From an uncultured delta proteobacterium (GTDB taxonomy: Bacteria > Myxococcota_A > UBA9160 > UBA4427): a DNA stretch of 64,000 bases. The position numbers were made by a program, and so were the translations under genes. Positions 28,604 through 40,122 of the stretch are shown in pieces (position 1 is the first letter of the stretch; each line of letters starts with the position of its first letter). Below the pieces are notes generated by a model. The model made no database searches, had not been told where the DNA came from, and worked only from the letters and a program-made list of their open reading frames with translations. The stretch spans positions 224,001-288,000 of the forward strand of contig CAWGJT010000005.1 in NCBI GenBank assembly GCA_963822965.1. The letters run 5' to 3'.

Positions 28604-29513
28604 ATGTCGATCCTCATCACGAAGGACACGCGCTTCATCGTCCAGGGCATCACCGGCCGCGAGGCCGTGAACCTCACCCGCGAGAACCTCGACTACGGCG
28701 CGAAGATCGTCGGCGGCGTGACCCCCGGCCGCGCGGGCCGCGACGTCTACGGCGTGCCGGTCTACGACTGCGTGCGCGACATCGTGAAGGCCCACGGCGC
28801 AGGTCGAAGGCTCGGTGGTGTGCGTGCCGCCCCGCTTCACCCAGGACGCCGTCTTCGAGGCCATCGAGAACGGCATCAAGCTGATCGTGGTCGTCACCGA
28901 GAACATCCCGCGCCAGCGAGGTGGCCCAGATGGTCGAGCTCGCCAGCCTGCGCGGCGCGCGCATCATCGGCCCGAACTGCCTGGGCATCATCTCCCCCGG
29001 CGAGGCGAAGATGGGCGGCGTCGGCGGCCCGGCGGCGAACACGCGCCAGGCCTACACGAAGGGCGAGATCGGCGTGATGTCGCGCTCCGGCGGCATGACG
29101 ACCGAGATCGCGAGCACCCTCACCGCCGCCGGCCTGGGCCAGTCGACCTGCGGTCTCGATCGGCGGCGACGCCATCATCGGCACGCACCTACGCCGAGCT
29201 GATGCCGCTCTTCGAGGCGGATCCGCAGACCAAGGCCATCGCCATCTACTCCGAGCCGGGCGGCCGCATGGAGGCCGAGCTGGCCGACTGGATGCGCGAG
29301 CACGACTCCCGCCTGCCGATCGTGGCCTTCATGGCCGGACGCTTCATGGACGAGATGAAGGGCATGCGCTTCGGGCACGCCGGCACCATCGTCGAGGGCA
29401 AGGAGGACACGACCGCCGAGAAGATCGCGCGCATGGAGGCCGCCGGGATCTCGGTCGCCGAGCGCATCGAGGAGATCCCCGAGCTGCTGCGCAAGCGGCT
29501 GGCCGCAGCCTGA
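28604..29513 (+). CDS. Succinate/malate-CoA ligase-like alpha subunit (frameshifted)
   Basis: MSILI..DTRFIVQGITG, VGGVTPG, IIGPNCLGIISPG, SRSGG, RFGHAG (phospho-His). Confidence 0.9.
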
Positions 29514-29529
29514 AGAGGCCAACGCCTGG

Positions 29530-29752
29530 ATGCCCGGACTCTTCATCGACGTGAAGGTGGACGCCGAGGTCGCCAAGGACCCGGAGATCGCGGCGAAGCT
29601 CGCCGAGGTCTGCCCGGTCAACATCTTCGTGGCCGGCGAGGCGCGGCGTGAGCATCGCGGAGAAGGACCTCGACGAGTGCGTGCTCTGCGACCTCTGCCT
29701 GGACGTCGCCCCCGGCAAGGTGCAGATCGTCAAGCTCTACGAGCAGGACTGA
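29530..29752 (+). CDS. Small ferredoxin-like protein (one frameshift near 29645)
   Basis: EVCPVNIF, then in the shifted frame DECVLCDLCLDVAPGKVQIVKLYEQD*. Confidence 0.75.
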
Positions 29753-29816
29753 GCCAGGGAGAAGATCGAAGAGAGCCAAGAGCGAGCGAAAGAGCGAGTC
29801 AGAGGAGACCCCCGAC

Positions 29817-30871
29817 ATGCGAAGCGCGAAGGACTTCTTCAAGCCCAAGGCCCTCGGCGCCCCCGCGCCGCTGCGGGAGATCCCCTTCCGGCCCTCGCGG
29901 ATGATCCACTTCTTCGACCCGGGCAACGCGAAGATGGCCGCCAAGCTGCCGGACCTGGCGAAGAAGCTGCGACGTGCTGCTCGGCAACCTCGAGGACGCG
30001 ATCCCGGCCGACCGACAAGATCGCCGCCCGCGAGGGCCTGGTGAAGGTCGCCAACGACGTGGACTTCGGCGACTGCCAGCTCTGGACCCGCGTCAACAGC
30101 CTCGACTCGCCCTGGTGCCTCGACGACCTGCTGCTGCTCGTGCCCGAGATCGGCGACCGCCTCGACGTGATCATGGTCCCCAAGGTCGAGGGGCCCTGGG
30201 ACATCCACTACGTGGACCAGCTCGTCTCCCAGCTCGAGGCCAAGGGCGGCCATCAAGAAGCCCATCATGCTCCACGCCATCCTCGAGACCGCCCTCGGCG
30301 TCGGCGAACGTGGAGGAGATCTGCGCCGCCAGCCCGCGCATGCAGGGCCTCTCCCTCGGCCCCGCCGACCTCGCCGCCTCGCGCCGCATGAAGACGACGC
30401 GCGTCGGCGGCGGGCACCCGGGCTACCTGGTGCGCCAGGACCCGAATCCGAAGGACCCCGACGCGCCCCGCGCCGTCGCCCAGCAGGACCTGTGGCACTA
30501 CACGTGCGCGCGCATGGTGGACGCCTGCGTGGCCAACGGCATCCTGCCCTACTACGGCCCCTTCGGAGACATCAAGGACACGCTCGCCACCGAGGACCAG
30601 TTCCGCAACGCCTTCCTGATGGGCTGCGTGGGCGCCTGGTCGCTGCACCCGGTGCAGATCGACATCGCCAAGAAGGTGTTCAGCCCGCCGGTCGGACGAG
30701 GTGCTGTGGGCGAAGAACGTGATCGCCGAGATGGGCGACGGCACCGGCGCCGTGATGATCGACGGCAAGATGCAGGACGACGCCACCTACAAGCAGTGCA
30801 AGGTGATGGTGGGCCTGGCCGAGCTGCTGGCGGAGAAGGACCCGGAGCTGAAGAAGGCCTACGGGTTCTAG
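29817..30871 (+). CDS. mcl: Malyl-CoA/beta-methylmalyl-CoA lyase, Chloroflexus-type (CitE superfamily; frameshifted)
   Basis: [75 protein letters not shown]; closely resembles C. aurantiacus Mcl as recalled. Confidence 0.88.
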
Positions 30872-31003
30872 AGGCCCCGACCTGCGCACGCCGCCTGCGC
30901 CCCGACCCGCGGAGCGACGAGGCCGAGACGAGCGTCCGGCGGGCCCTCCACGAGGCGGGCCCACCGCGACCCGTGCACCGATCGGCCAGCCGGCCAGCGA
31001 GGA

Positions 31004-31038
31004 GGCCGATTTGGAGCGGCCACCGGTGGATCTGGGCC
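31004..31038. promoter_or_regulatory. Paired 14-bp palindromes (putative enhancer/UAS)
   Basis: GGCCGATTTGGAGC at 31004 and GGTGGATCTGGGCC at 31025. Confidence 0.6.
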
Positions 31039-31121
31039 AGCCAGCTCCCGCGCCTCTCCCTCCGCGCGAGCGGAGGTGGTCGAGACGGCGTCCGGGGGCC
31101 TTCCGGGGATCCTGGAAGGCC

Positions 31122-31137
31122 GGGCACACGCATTGCA
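31122..31137 (+). promoter_or_regulatory. sigma54 -24/-12 promoter
   Basis: GGGCAC-ACGCA-TTGCA (GG-N10-GC), 40 bp before ATG 31177. Confidence 0.65.
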
Positions 31138-31176
31138 TCGCCAGGCAGCGAACGCGAGCTCATCCAGGAGCACCCG

Positions 31177-31635
31177 ATGCCGGAAGCCGATCGCCCACTC
31201 GTCCTCGTGGCCCATGCCGGCCTCTGGCGTGGCTGGATCGAGCACGCGCTGGCCGGTGCCGGCATCACCTGCTGCGGGTTCGCCGATGCGAGACACGCGC
31301 TGCATTTCGCATGCTCCTGTCGCGCGCGGCTGGGCGCAGCCCTCATCGACCGCGACCTGCCGCCCTGCGGCGGCCTCCGGCTGGCACGGCAGCTGCTCGT
31401 GCTCGACGAAGACCTCGGGCTCGTGGCCACGTCGAGCCGCGGCTTCGACGCGGAGACGCTCGGACTCCTAGGCGCACACGGCGGCTTCACCGCACCACTG
31501 CCCATCCGCCCCCACCACCTCGGGCACCTCGTGCGCTCTGCCTTCCGGAAGCACCGAACCCACGGGACCCTCGACCCCCCTCCCGCGATGACCGCTGCAG
31601 CGCCTGCTGCCCAGGCGTCGTCGCCGGTGCCGTAG
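31177..31635 (+). CDS. Atypical stand-alone receiver-like protein
   Basis: AGGAG RBS. LVLVA..., [20 protein letters not shown]..., LVATS; lacks the acidic pair and the conserved Lys. Confidence 0.6.
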   Translation: MPEADRPLVLVAHAGLWRGWIEHALAGAGITCCGFADARHALHFACSCRARLGAALIDRDLPPCGGLRLARQLLVLDEDLGLVATSSRGFDAETLGLLGAHGGFTAPLPIRPHHLGHLVRSAFRKHRTHGTLDPPPAMTAAAPAAQASSPVP

Positions 31636-32025
31636 CTCGCTGCTTCCGGGCCGGCGGGACTCCGCTCGACACCCCGCTGGGGCCCTTCCGGGCGCCACCA
31701 GAGCGGAGTCCCGCCGGGATCGATGCCCGTGAGGGCAGCCATGCCGGTCCTCCGAAACCCAGGCCGCTCTGGTGGTCCGCTCTCGCGATCCGCTGCACCG
31801 CATCGCGACGGCGAACCGGGTTCGCGGCGTCAGCCTGTCCGCGCAGCCGCTCGACCGGAGGCTCCAGCGCCTTGCCGCAGCAGCCGTGAAGCCGGAGGTT
31901 CCACCTCGATCCCGACGCCGCTGTGGTCCGGGGGCCATCGACGGGAACCCGCTCTGGCCTCGCGGGCAGCGGAGAGGGGTTGAACGACCCGCATCGCAGG
32001 CGCATGCTTCTGGCGCGGCTCACTC

Positions 32026-32060
32026 GGTGCATATGGGCCTCGGGGGGGTCGATCTCCACC
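32026..32060. promoter_or_regulatory. Paired 14-bp palindromes (putative enhancer/UAS)
   Basis: GGTGCATATGGGCC at 32026 and GGTCGATCTCCACC at 32047. Confidence 0.65.
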
Positions 32061-32129
32061 AGTCGTCCACGCGCTCCGGCTCGGGGGTGCCGGGCGGACC
32101 TCTCACGACCTTCGGAGCTACCCGGCGGC

Positions 32130-32145
32130 TGGCACGAAGGTTGCT
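32130..32145 (+). promoter_or_regulatory. sigma54 -24/-12 promoter
   Basis: TGGCAC-GAAGG-TTGCT, full consensus. Confidence 0.8.
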
Positions 32146-32308
32146 CTTCCCCCCCGGATGCCGAGGCTCCCCGAGCTTCGGGCCTGCCGCATGCCCGCTC
32201 GACGACGATGCCGCACGGAGGAGGAAGGCGATTTCCACCATCCTGGGAAGCTCCGACTCGCGCCACCGTCTCGCTTCGCCCGAGGAGCCTGCGGGCGGCG
32301 GAGGACAC

Positions 32309-33738
32309 GTCGTCTGGAGACGGCTGCTGCAGTACCCGAGCCAGGCGATCTTCTTCGCGCTCGCGGTGGTCTGTCTCGGCGGGTTCCTCCTCCTGGGAAG
32401 CGTCGCGTGGCGCATGCCCCGACAGCTCGAGCGCATCGAGATCGAGATGCAGCACGGCGCCCATCTCGAGCAGGTGCGCGGGCTGCTGCAGCACCTGCTG
32501 ACCGAGCAGCGGGCGGGTGCCGGGCAGCCGGACCCGATCGCCCTCGCCCAGCTGCGAAGCGAGCTGGCTGCCATGCGGGCGGGGTGGCTGGACCTCCGCC
32601 TCCCGGAGAGCGAGCACTTGGACCGTTTGAGTGCGGCGCTCGCGAGCCCCGGAATCAAGGGTCGCGAGCTCGAATCGGCCGGGCGGATCCTCGACGAGAT
32701 CGTGCACGAGGAGGCGAGCACCCGGGGCCAGCTCCTGGCCACGATGCGCGCAGACGCGCTTGCGGAGCTTCGCACGGCCACGGGGCTCTTCGTCGCGCTG
32801 GCCCTTCTGGGTCTGGGCGGCGCGTGGACCGTCCAGCGGCGGGTGCTGCGTCCCCTCCAGGATCTGCAGGCCATGTTCCGCAAGCTCGCGGCCGGTGACT
32901 TCGGCCCGGTGGCGCTCACCGGGGTGCATCCCGTGCTCACGCCGCTCTTCGACAACTACAACCGCCTGGTCACGCGGCTCCAGGAGCTGGAAGACGGAGC
33001 ACCGCTCCCGGGCCGAATCCCTCGAGAAGGAGGTGCGAGCGGCCAGCGAGACCCTCCTCGCCCAGCAGCGCAGCCTGACCCACGCCGAGCGCCTGGCCGC
33101 CGTGGGCGAGATGGCGGCCGGGCTCGCCCACGAGCTGCGCAACCCCATCGCCGGGGTCCAGATGGCCCTCGCGAACCTGCGCCGGGATCTCGACGACCCC
33201 CAGCTCGCGTCGCGACTCGAGCTGGCCATCGCCGAGCTCGAGCGCCTGACGCGACTGCTCAACCACCAGCTCTCCGCATCGCGCCACGTGCCGGAGCCTT
33301 CTCGGCGGCTCCACCTGCGTACGCTGGTGGACGATCTCCTCGCCCTACTGCGCTACCAGGTTCCCGCCCACATCCGGCTCGCGGCCCGGGTGGACGACGC
33401 CATACGGTGTCGACTGCCCCGCGACCGCGTCCGACAGGCGCTCCTCAACCTGGTGCTGAACTCCGTCCAGGCCATGGGCGACGAAGCCGGCCATGTCCGG
33501 GTCGACGCGCATCGAGAGGGAGAACGGGTCGTCCTCGTCGTGACGGACGATGGCCCCGGATTCCCGCCGGAGCTGGTGAAGGCGGGCAGCCCGCCCTTCG
33601 TCACGCACCGCAATGGCGGAACCGGTCTCGGGCTGGCCATGGTGCGCCGACTGGCGATGGACCTGGGCGGACAGCTCTCCCTCGAGAACCTGGACCCTCG
33701 CGGCGCCCGCGTGCGCCTCGAGCTGCCCTGTGAAGACG

Positions 33739-33746
<8 letters not shown>
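32309..33746 (+). CDS. Membrane sensor histidine kinase (HAMP-HisKA-HATPase; frameshift near 32990; start uncertain)
   Basis: Two TM segments, VLRPLQDL HAMP, MAAGLAHELRNP, QALLNLVLNS, DDGPG, GGTGLGL. Confidence 0.88.
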
Positions 33747-35119
<1,373 letters not shown>

Positions 35120-35123
<4 letters not shown>

Positions 35124-36412
35124 CCGCGCGCCAGCCGGATCTCGCGTCCCGTGACGAGTCGCCAGGCTCCCTCCGCGCCGAAGGCCAGCACGAGGAGGCC
35201 GGCGAGGAGCTCGAGCTGTCGGGGCGCGGTCGCGGCGGAGTGCCACACGAGGACGCCGAGACAGCCCAGGCAGGCCAGCACGCCCAGGGCGCAGATCGGC
35301 CAGCATGCCCCCACGTCTCGCGCGAGGCGCGCCCCGGCGGCATTCACCGCGGCGAAGACCAACAGGAAGCCGGCGCTTCCCAGCGCCGACACGCTCGACA
35401 GGCTGAGCGTGTTGGTCAGCACCACCGCGGCCAGGGCCGTGAGAAAGAGCCCTTCGAGCGGCTCGTCCCACGCCTTGCGTTCGAGGGACGCCGGAAGCTC
35501 CCCGTCGCGGGCGATTCCATAGGCCAGGCGGGCGGCGCCATAGAGGGTCGCGTTGATCGCCGAAGCCGTGGAGAGCAGCGCAGCGACGGCGATCAGCCCG
35601 AAGCCGGCACGACCCAGGAAGGGGCGCGCGGCCTCGGCGAGCGCGTAGTCGCGGGCGTTCACGATCGCCGCCGGCGCCAGGCGCCCGACCGCCACCGCGG
35701 CGATCGCCACGTAGAGCAGGGTCACGAAGAGGACCGATCCGTACAACGCACGGGGCAGCGTGCGGCTCGGATCGCGGACGTCGTTCGCGGCGTTGGCGAT
35801 GAGCTCGAAGCCCTCATAGGCCACGAAGATCATCATGCCGCCGGCCAGCACGTGGGTCGACGGAGGCCACGCCGCCGGCGAGATGCGGGCCGTGTCCACT
35901 CCCGCCAGCCCGACGACCACGAAGAGGAGCAGAATCGAGAGCTTGATCGCGACGATGCCGCCCTCCGCGTCGCCCACGGCGCGCGCGCCGAACAGGTTGA
36001 GGAGGGTCAGCGCGAGCAGGATGAACGTGGACAGGGCATGGCGCACCAGGTCGCCGCCGGTGTCGGGCAGGAGCGAGGCGCCGTAGGCCCCGAACGCGTG
36101 GGCGTAGAGGGCGAGCATCACGATGTAGCTGAGCCACAGCAGCATGTTCAGGCCGCCGGTCCAGAAGCCCGACCCGAACGCACGATCCAGGAACGCCACG
36201 GTGCCCCCCTGACTGGGAAGCGCCACGCACAGATGGGCGTACGAGTAGGCGGTGAGCCCCGCGACCACGCCCCCGAGCGCGAAGGCCGCAGCCGTCGCTC
36301 CGCCGGCCAGCTGCACCGCCAGACCCAGCACCGCGAAGATGCCGCCGCCCACCATGCCGCCCACGCCGATGGAGGCGGTCTCCCAGACTCCCAGTCCGGA
36401 GCGTCGGGACAC
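35120..36412 (-). CDS. APC-family amino acid permease
   Basis: SIGVGGMVGGGIFAVLG, FVAYEGFELIAN, STASAINATLYG; about 12 hydrophobic helices. Confidence 0.92.
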
Positions 36413-36418
36413 GACGCT

Positions 36419-36613
36419 CTACCCCTGCGCCGCGGCGGCTGCGCCGGCACCGCAGCGCGCACTGGATCTCCAGCCATCATCCCGGGGGCGTCTACGACGG
36501 CGAGCTCGGCAGGCATGCCGAGCTCGCGCGCACGCCGGCGCGTTCTCCCAGGCCCCTGCCCGCGAACGGGCATCGGGACCTTCGAAGGAGACGATGTGGA
36601 ACTGGAACTGCAT
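36419..36613 (-). pseudogene. Possible N-terminal remnant of a GT4-type glycosyltransferase
   Basis: AGGAG RBS then MQFQFHIVSFEGPDARSRAG, resembling a recalled SFEGPD.YS.AGG glycosyltransferase N-terminus; then degenerates. Confidence 0.3.
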
Positions 36614-36661
36614 GGAGAAGGCTCCTCTCGAGCCGGGCTTCCGAGCCGGCGACCGGCCGGC

Positions 36662-37105
36662 TCAGTCCCGGTCGTGGTCCCCGCGGCCCTCCTCGGGCAC
36701 CCCGACCCAGTCGCCGGGCCAGCCGTAGGGCAGTCCGCCGTACCAGTATCCGTCCACAGCCGTCCAGTCGTCCCAGTCGTCGAGCGCCTGGCGCTGGCGG
36801 ACCGATGCGAGATAGGTCTCCTGCATGTAGTCGATGACGGGATCCGGCACGCCCTCGTCGTGCAGCTTCGAGAGCTGGCCCGCGGTGAGCCGGTAGACGG
36901 TGCCCGATTCGCGCATCTTCGAGACGATCTCCGGCGCGGGCTGGCCTGCTCGGCTCATGGCGAGCACCTGGTCGACGGTCACCGGCGCAGGACGACCGAA
37001 GCCGAGGGTGGTGCAGCCGGCCAGGAGCAGCACGACCGTCACCGCGACTGCCAGGTGCCGCACGATCCGAGCTTCCCGGCTCGGTCCCCTCGTTCGGAAG
37101 CGCAT
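36662..37105 (-). CDS. Hypothetical lipoprotein
   Basis: AGGAG RBS, LLLAGC lipobox, helical core (LSKLHDEGVPDPVIDYM), W/Y/G-rich tail. Confidence 0.75.
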   Translation of the reverse strand: MRFRTRGPSREARIVRHLAVAVTVVLLLAGCTTLGFGRPAPVTVDQVLAMSRAGQPAPEIVSKMRESGTVYRLTAGQLSKLHDEGVPDPVIDYMQETYLASVRQRQALDDWDDWTAVDGYWYGGLPYGWPGDWVGVPEEGRGDHDRD

Positions 37106-37203
37106 GCTGCCTCTCCTCTCGTGTCTTCGGGCGCGAGTTCCACGGCAGGAGCAACCTCGGCATCCCGCAAGGTCACGACCCCACCACCTCGAAGCGACGG
37201 GGT

Positions 37204-37219
37204 TGCATTCGCCGTGCCA
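37204..37219 (-). promoter_or_regulatory. sigma54 -24/-12 promoter
   Basis: Minus strand TGGCAC-GGCGA-ATGCA. Confidence 0.65.
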
Positions 37220-37282
37220 TGTCCGGGCCGCGCTGTACCTGCCGCCGGACCGGCAGGGAGGCCGACGCCAGCAAGCGCCGGC

Positions 37283-37315
37283 GGTCGACTTCGACCGCGC
37301 CGGTCCGTCTGAGCC
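37283..37315. promoter_or_regulatory. Paired 14-bp palindromes (putative enhancer/UAS)
   Basis: GGTCGACTTCGACC (perfect arms) at 37283 and degenerate GGTCCGTCTGAGCC at 37302. Confidence 0.6.
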
Positions 37316-37387
37316 ACAGAGCTCATCCCCGACCGCCTTGGGGGGAGCCGGAAGGGACGGCCCGAGCGGGCCGTCCCCCGTCTCGGC

Positions 37388-38878
37388 TCAGCGCGCAGAC
37401 AGCGCGTAGCCGTCGACCCCATCGCCCGGGTAGTACCGCTCGTCCCAGGGATAGTCGACGCCTTCGACCGTGACGCGATTGTCGATCCAGCGCACACCGT
37501 CCGTGAGCGCAGCGATGCGACCCGCCTCGAGGCGCTCGTCCCAGGTCGATACGTTCCCGGTCAGCCGACCCACCCCGTCGTCGACGCTGACCCGGATGCG
37601 GTCGGCCACCCAACGGGTCTCGCCGTCCCGGTGCAGTCGTTCGCGGATGCGCGTGGCGAGCTCGGTGTCGCTGAAGCGCGGCACCCAGTCGACGCGCAGG
37701 TGATCCGCGACCTCGACGACTCCGGGAACCCGGGAAGCCACGTCGACCGCATGGCTCCGCTCGCGATAGCTCGTCGTGCTGCCGGAGAGCGTCACCACGC
37801 CGTCGTTCACCCGAACACCGAGCTCGTGGCCGTGCAGCATGTAGTCCTCGTCGAAGCGACTCAGGATGTGGCTTCGGATCGCGTCATCGCTGCGCCAACC
37901 GGGCCGGACCTGCAGGTGATTGGTCACCCATGCCACGCCTGCGACGTCCAGGCCGTCCTTCGAAGCCCGCAGCTTCTGCTCGTAGGTGGGCAGCGTACCG
38001 CGCAGGGTCACGTCCCCCTCCGAGGCAGTGACCTCGATCTCGAAGGGGTGGGCGATGCGCAGATCCTCGTAGAGAACGTCTCTCACGGCGCGGGCGAGCT
38101 CCGCGTCGCTCGGCATCGGAGGCGCCTTGCGCACGCCGGGATCCTCCCACCACTCCACGGCGAGATCGTTCTTCACGTCCCGCACGTTCGCGACCCACGC
38201 CGCCTCGGCCGCCCGCTCCCGCTCGTAGGCGTTCCCGACCGAGCCGTTCAGAGTGACCCTTCCTTCGCGGACCGAGACCTCGATCGGCAGCCCCACCAGA
38301 TAGGCGTCGCGACCGATGGCCGAGACGATGTCCCGTCGGATGGCGTCGTCGGAGCGGCTGGACGGATACTCCAGGGTGAGCTCGTTGCGGACCTCGCGTA
38401 CGCCTCGCACCTCGGACGCGAGCAGCTCCGCCTCCTGCTTCTCGCTGAATCCCCCGACGCTTCCGCTCAAGATGACGATCCCGTCCTTCACGTCCACGTC
38501 GAGCCCTCGCAAGCTCATGTCGACCCGATCCCACAGGCGCGCGACCACGTCCGCGGCGATGTCGGAGTCCGGCCGCTCGTCGGGCCGAACGCTCACCTCG
38601 TCGATCACGCCTCGCACGCCGGCCAGCTTCTTCGCTTCGCGATCCGCGAAGCGCTTGGCGGCGAGCTCGTGCACGGTGCCCCGCAGCGTCACGATTCCGT
38701 CCAGGGTCGTCACCTCGATGGCGGAGTCGCCCACCCGAGGGTCGTCCCGGACCGCTTCCTTGACGCGCGCGTCGATGACCGCATCGGTCGGCCGCGCCGC
38801 CGCGACGGACGGCAGTGCGAAGAGGAGCACCACCGCGAGAAAGGCCAGGAGTGCTCCGACTCGGCATCTTCCCTTCAT
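37388..38878 (-). CDS. Exported protein with six BON domains (OsmY-like)
   Basis: Signal peptide, then six D..I...V.V..G.VTL.G....A...GV..V.N.L.V repeats. Confidence 0.92.
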   Translation of the reverse strand: MKGRCRVGALLAFLAVVLLFALPSVAAARPTDAVIDARVKEAVRDDPRVGDSAIEVTTLDGIVTLRGTVHELAAKRFADREAKKLAGVRGVIDEVSVRPDERPDSDIAADVVARLWDRVDMSLRGLDVDVKDGIVILSGSVGGFSEKQEAELLASEVRGVREVRNELTLEYPSSRSDDAIRRDIVSAIGRDAYLVGLPIEVSVREGRVTLNGSVGNAYERERAAEAAWVANVRDVKNDLAVEWWEDPGVRKAPPMPSDAELARAVRDVLYEDLRIAHPFEIEVTASEGDVTLRGTLPTYEQKLRASKDGLDVAGVAWVTNHLQVRPGWRSDDAIRSHILSRFDEDYMLHGHELGVRVNDGVVTLSGSTTSYRERSHAVDVASRVPGVVEVADHLRVDWVPRFSDTELATRIRERLHRDGETRWVADRIRVSVDDGVGRLTGNVSTWDERLEAGRIAALTDGVRWIDNRVTVEGVDYPWDERYYPGDGVDGYALSAR

Positions 38879-39002
38879 GCCGGCCTCTCCTTCCACCCTG
38901 TCGTCTGCCCGAACGCCTTCCCGTACGCTGTCGTTTCTCATCATGATGTGGCTCCCCCTGCCCGGTCGTCGTGCGCACCACGCGCGCGCTGTCGGGACGA
39001 GG

Positions 39003-39018
39003 AGCAGGAATCGTGCCA
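39003..39018 (-). promoter_or_regulatory. sigma54 -24/-12 promoter of the BON gene
   Basis: Minus strand TGGCAC-GATTC-CTGCT. Confidence 0.7.
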
Positions 39019-39141
39019 GTCGCCTCCGAGGCTGCGGTCCCGGCGGCAGGCTCTTGGAGGAGCGCCCGTCGAGCCCGCGGCGCGGTGGCCGCCCGGACGA
39101 CGAAGGGTGTGGCCACCGGCCGCCGCTGCGTGCAGGCGGCT

Positions 39142-39174
39142 GGCCGAGATCGACCGCCAAGGCCCAGATCCACC
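39142..39174. promoter_or_regulatory. Paired 14-bp palindromes between divergent sigma54 promoters
   Basis: GGCCGAGATCGACC at 39142 and GGCCCAGATCCACC at 39161. Confidence 0.65.
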
Positions 39175-39228
39175 CGATCCGCTCCGCCGGCGACGTCTCC
39201 CCGGCCCGAAGGAGGCCTCCCATCCCGA

Positions 39229-39244
39229 CGGCACGCCTGTTGCA
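39229..39244 (+). promoter_or_regulatory. sigma54 -24/-12 promoter of the HdeA-like gene
   Basis: CGGCAC-GCCTG-TTGCA. Confidence 0.75.
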
Positions 39245-39339
39245 GTGGCCTCGTCTCGCGCCGGAACGATCCGCGCGCACAACGCGGGACGACACCGGAA
39301 GAGATCGGGTCGCCCGCACGAGTCGGGAGGTGATTCGTC

Positions 39340-39690
39340 ATGAAGAAGTCCACTTCGTTGCTGCGGTCCCTGGCGGTTCCGGGGATCGTCGCCGTCGCGA
39401 CCCTGGGTCTTGCAACGGCATCGCTCGCCGCGGGGTCTCACGACACCAAGGACGGAAAGACCGCGAAGCCCATGAAGGCCAAGGAGATCACCTGCGAGCA
39501 GTTCCTGGACCTCGGCACCGAGGTCCAGCCCCACGTGGTCTACTGGCTCGAGGGCTACTCAAAGGCCGGAAAGCCGGAGGACGCCGAGATCGACGTGGAG
39601 GAGCTGGAGCGACCCGTCACGGTCGTCGTGACCGAATGTCGCAACACGCCGAAGGCCACCGTCTGGGAGAAGATCGAGAAGTACTTCTAG
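39340..39690 (+). CDS. HdeA/HdeB-family periplasmic chaperone-like protein
   Basis: Signal peptide, then ITCEQFL...QP...KPEDAEIDV...EC...KA; resembles HdeA TCEDFL..QP..KPEDAVLDV..AC with two conserved Cys. Confidence 0.75.
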   Translation: MKKSTSLLRSLAVPGIVAVATLGLATASLAAGSHDTKDGKTAKPMKAKEITCEQFLDLGTEVQPHVVYWLEGYSKAGKPEDAEIDVEELERPVTVVVTECRNTPKATVWEKIEKYF

Positions 39691-39891
39691 CGGCGGGAGC
39701 CGCCGAGGACCCCCGCGCAGACCCGACGCGACACGACGGTCGGGTCCGCGCGGGAATCCGAAGCGGGGAGCGCTCCGAAGGGGAATCCTCATGCCTCCCG
39801 GCCGGCACCCGCGGCACGCGAGCCGCTCGCCCTGGCGCGGGTCGACCCGCGAGACACACCGTCACGTCCATGAGGCAAGGAGAGGCGGTCC

Positions 39892-40122
39892 GTGAAGACC
39901 TTCCTCCGCATCGCTGCCGCGATCCTCTGCGTGATCGCGCTCTACTACCTGGTCGTGGTGCTGGCGCGCAGCGTCGCCGAGGAGCGGGTCGGCGTCGCGC
40001 CGTCCCGGGGCTCCGGTCCCCCGCAGACGGCGACGACCCGGAGGCCCGACTCGAAGCCACCGGATCGACCCGCCTGCCCGGCTCAGGCGGCGTGGATCGC
40101 CGTCTCAAGCGCCTTGGCCTGA
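39892..40122 (+). CDS. Small hypothetical membrane protein
   Basis: AGGAGAGG RBS and one hydrophobic helix; overlaps the end of the convergent gene. Confidence 0.4.
   Translation: MKTFLRIAAAILCVIALYYLVVVLARSVAEERVGVAPSRGSGPPQTATTRRPDSKPPDRPACPAQAAWIAVSSALA

Noticed and set aside
26151..30871. Programmed frameshifting or pseudogenised operon
   Set aside because: Shifts are numerous, scattered and lack common slippery sites, and they also hit housekeeping genes such as nadA. Sequencing error is more parsimonious.
26151..30871. 3-hydroxypropionate bicycle (autotrophy)
   Set aside because: Mch and Mcl are shared with that pathway, but no malonyl-CoA reductase or propionyl-CoA synthase is in the window, and ecm points to the EMC pathway.
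39810..39826. Seventh sigma54 site (CGGCACGCGAGCCGCT) before ORF 39892
   Set aside because: The -12 element lacks TTGC/TGC and no palindrome pair was found upstream.
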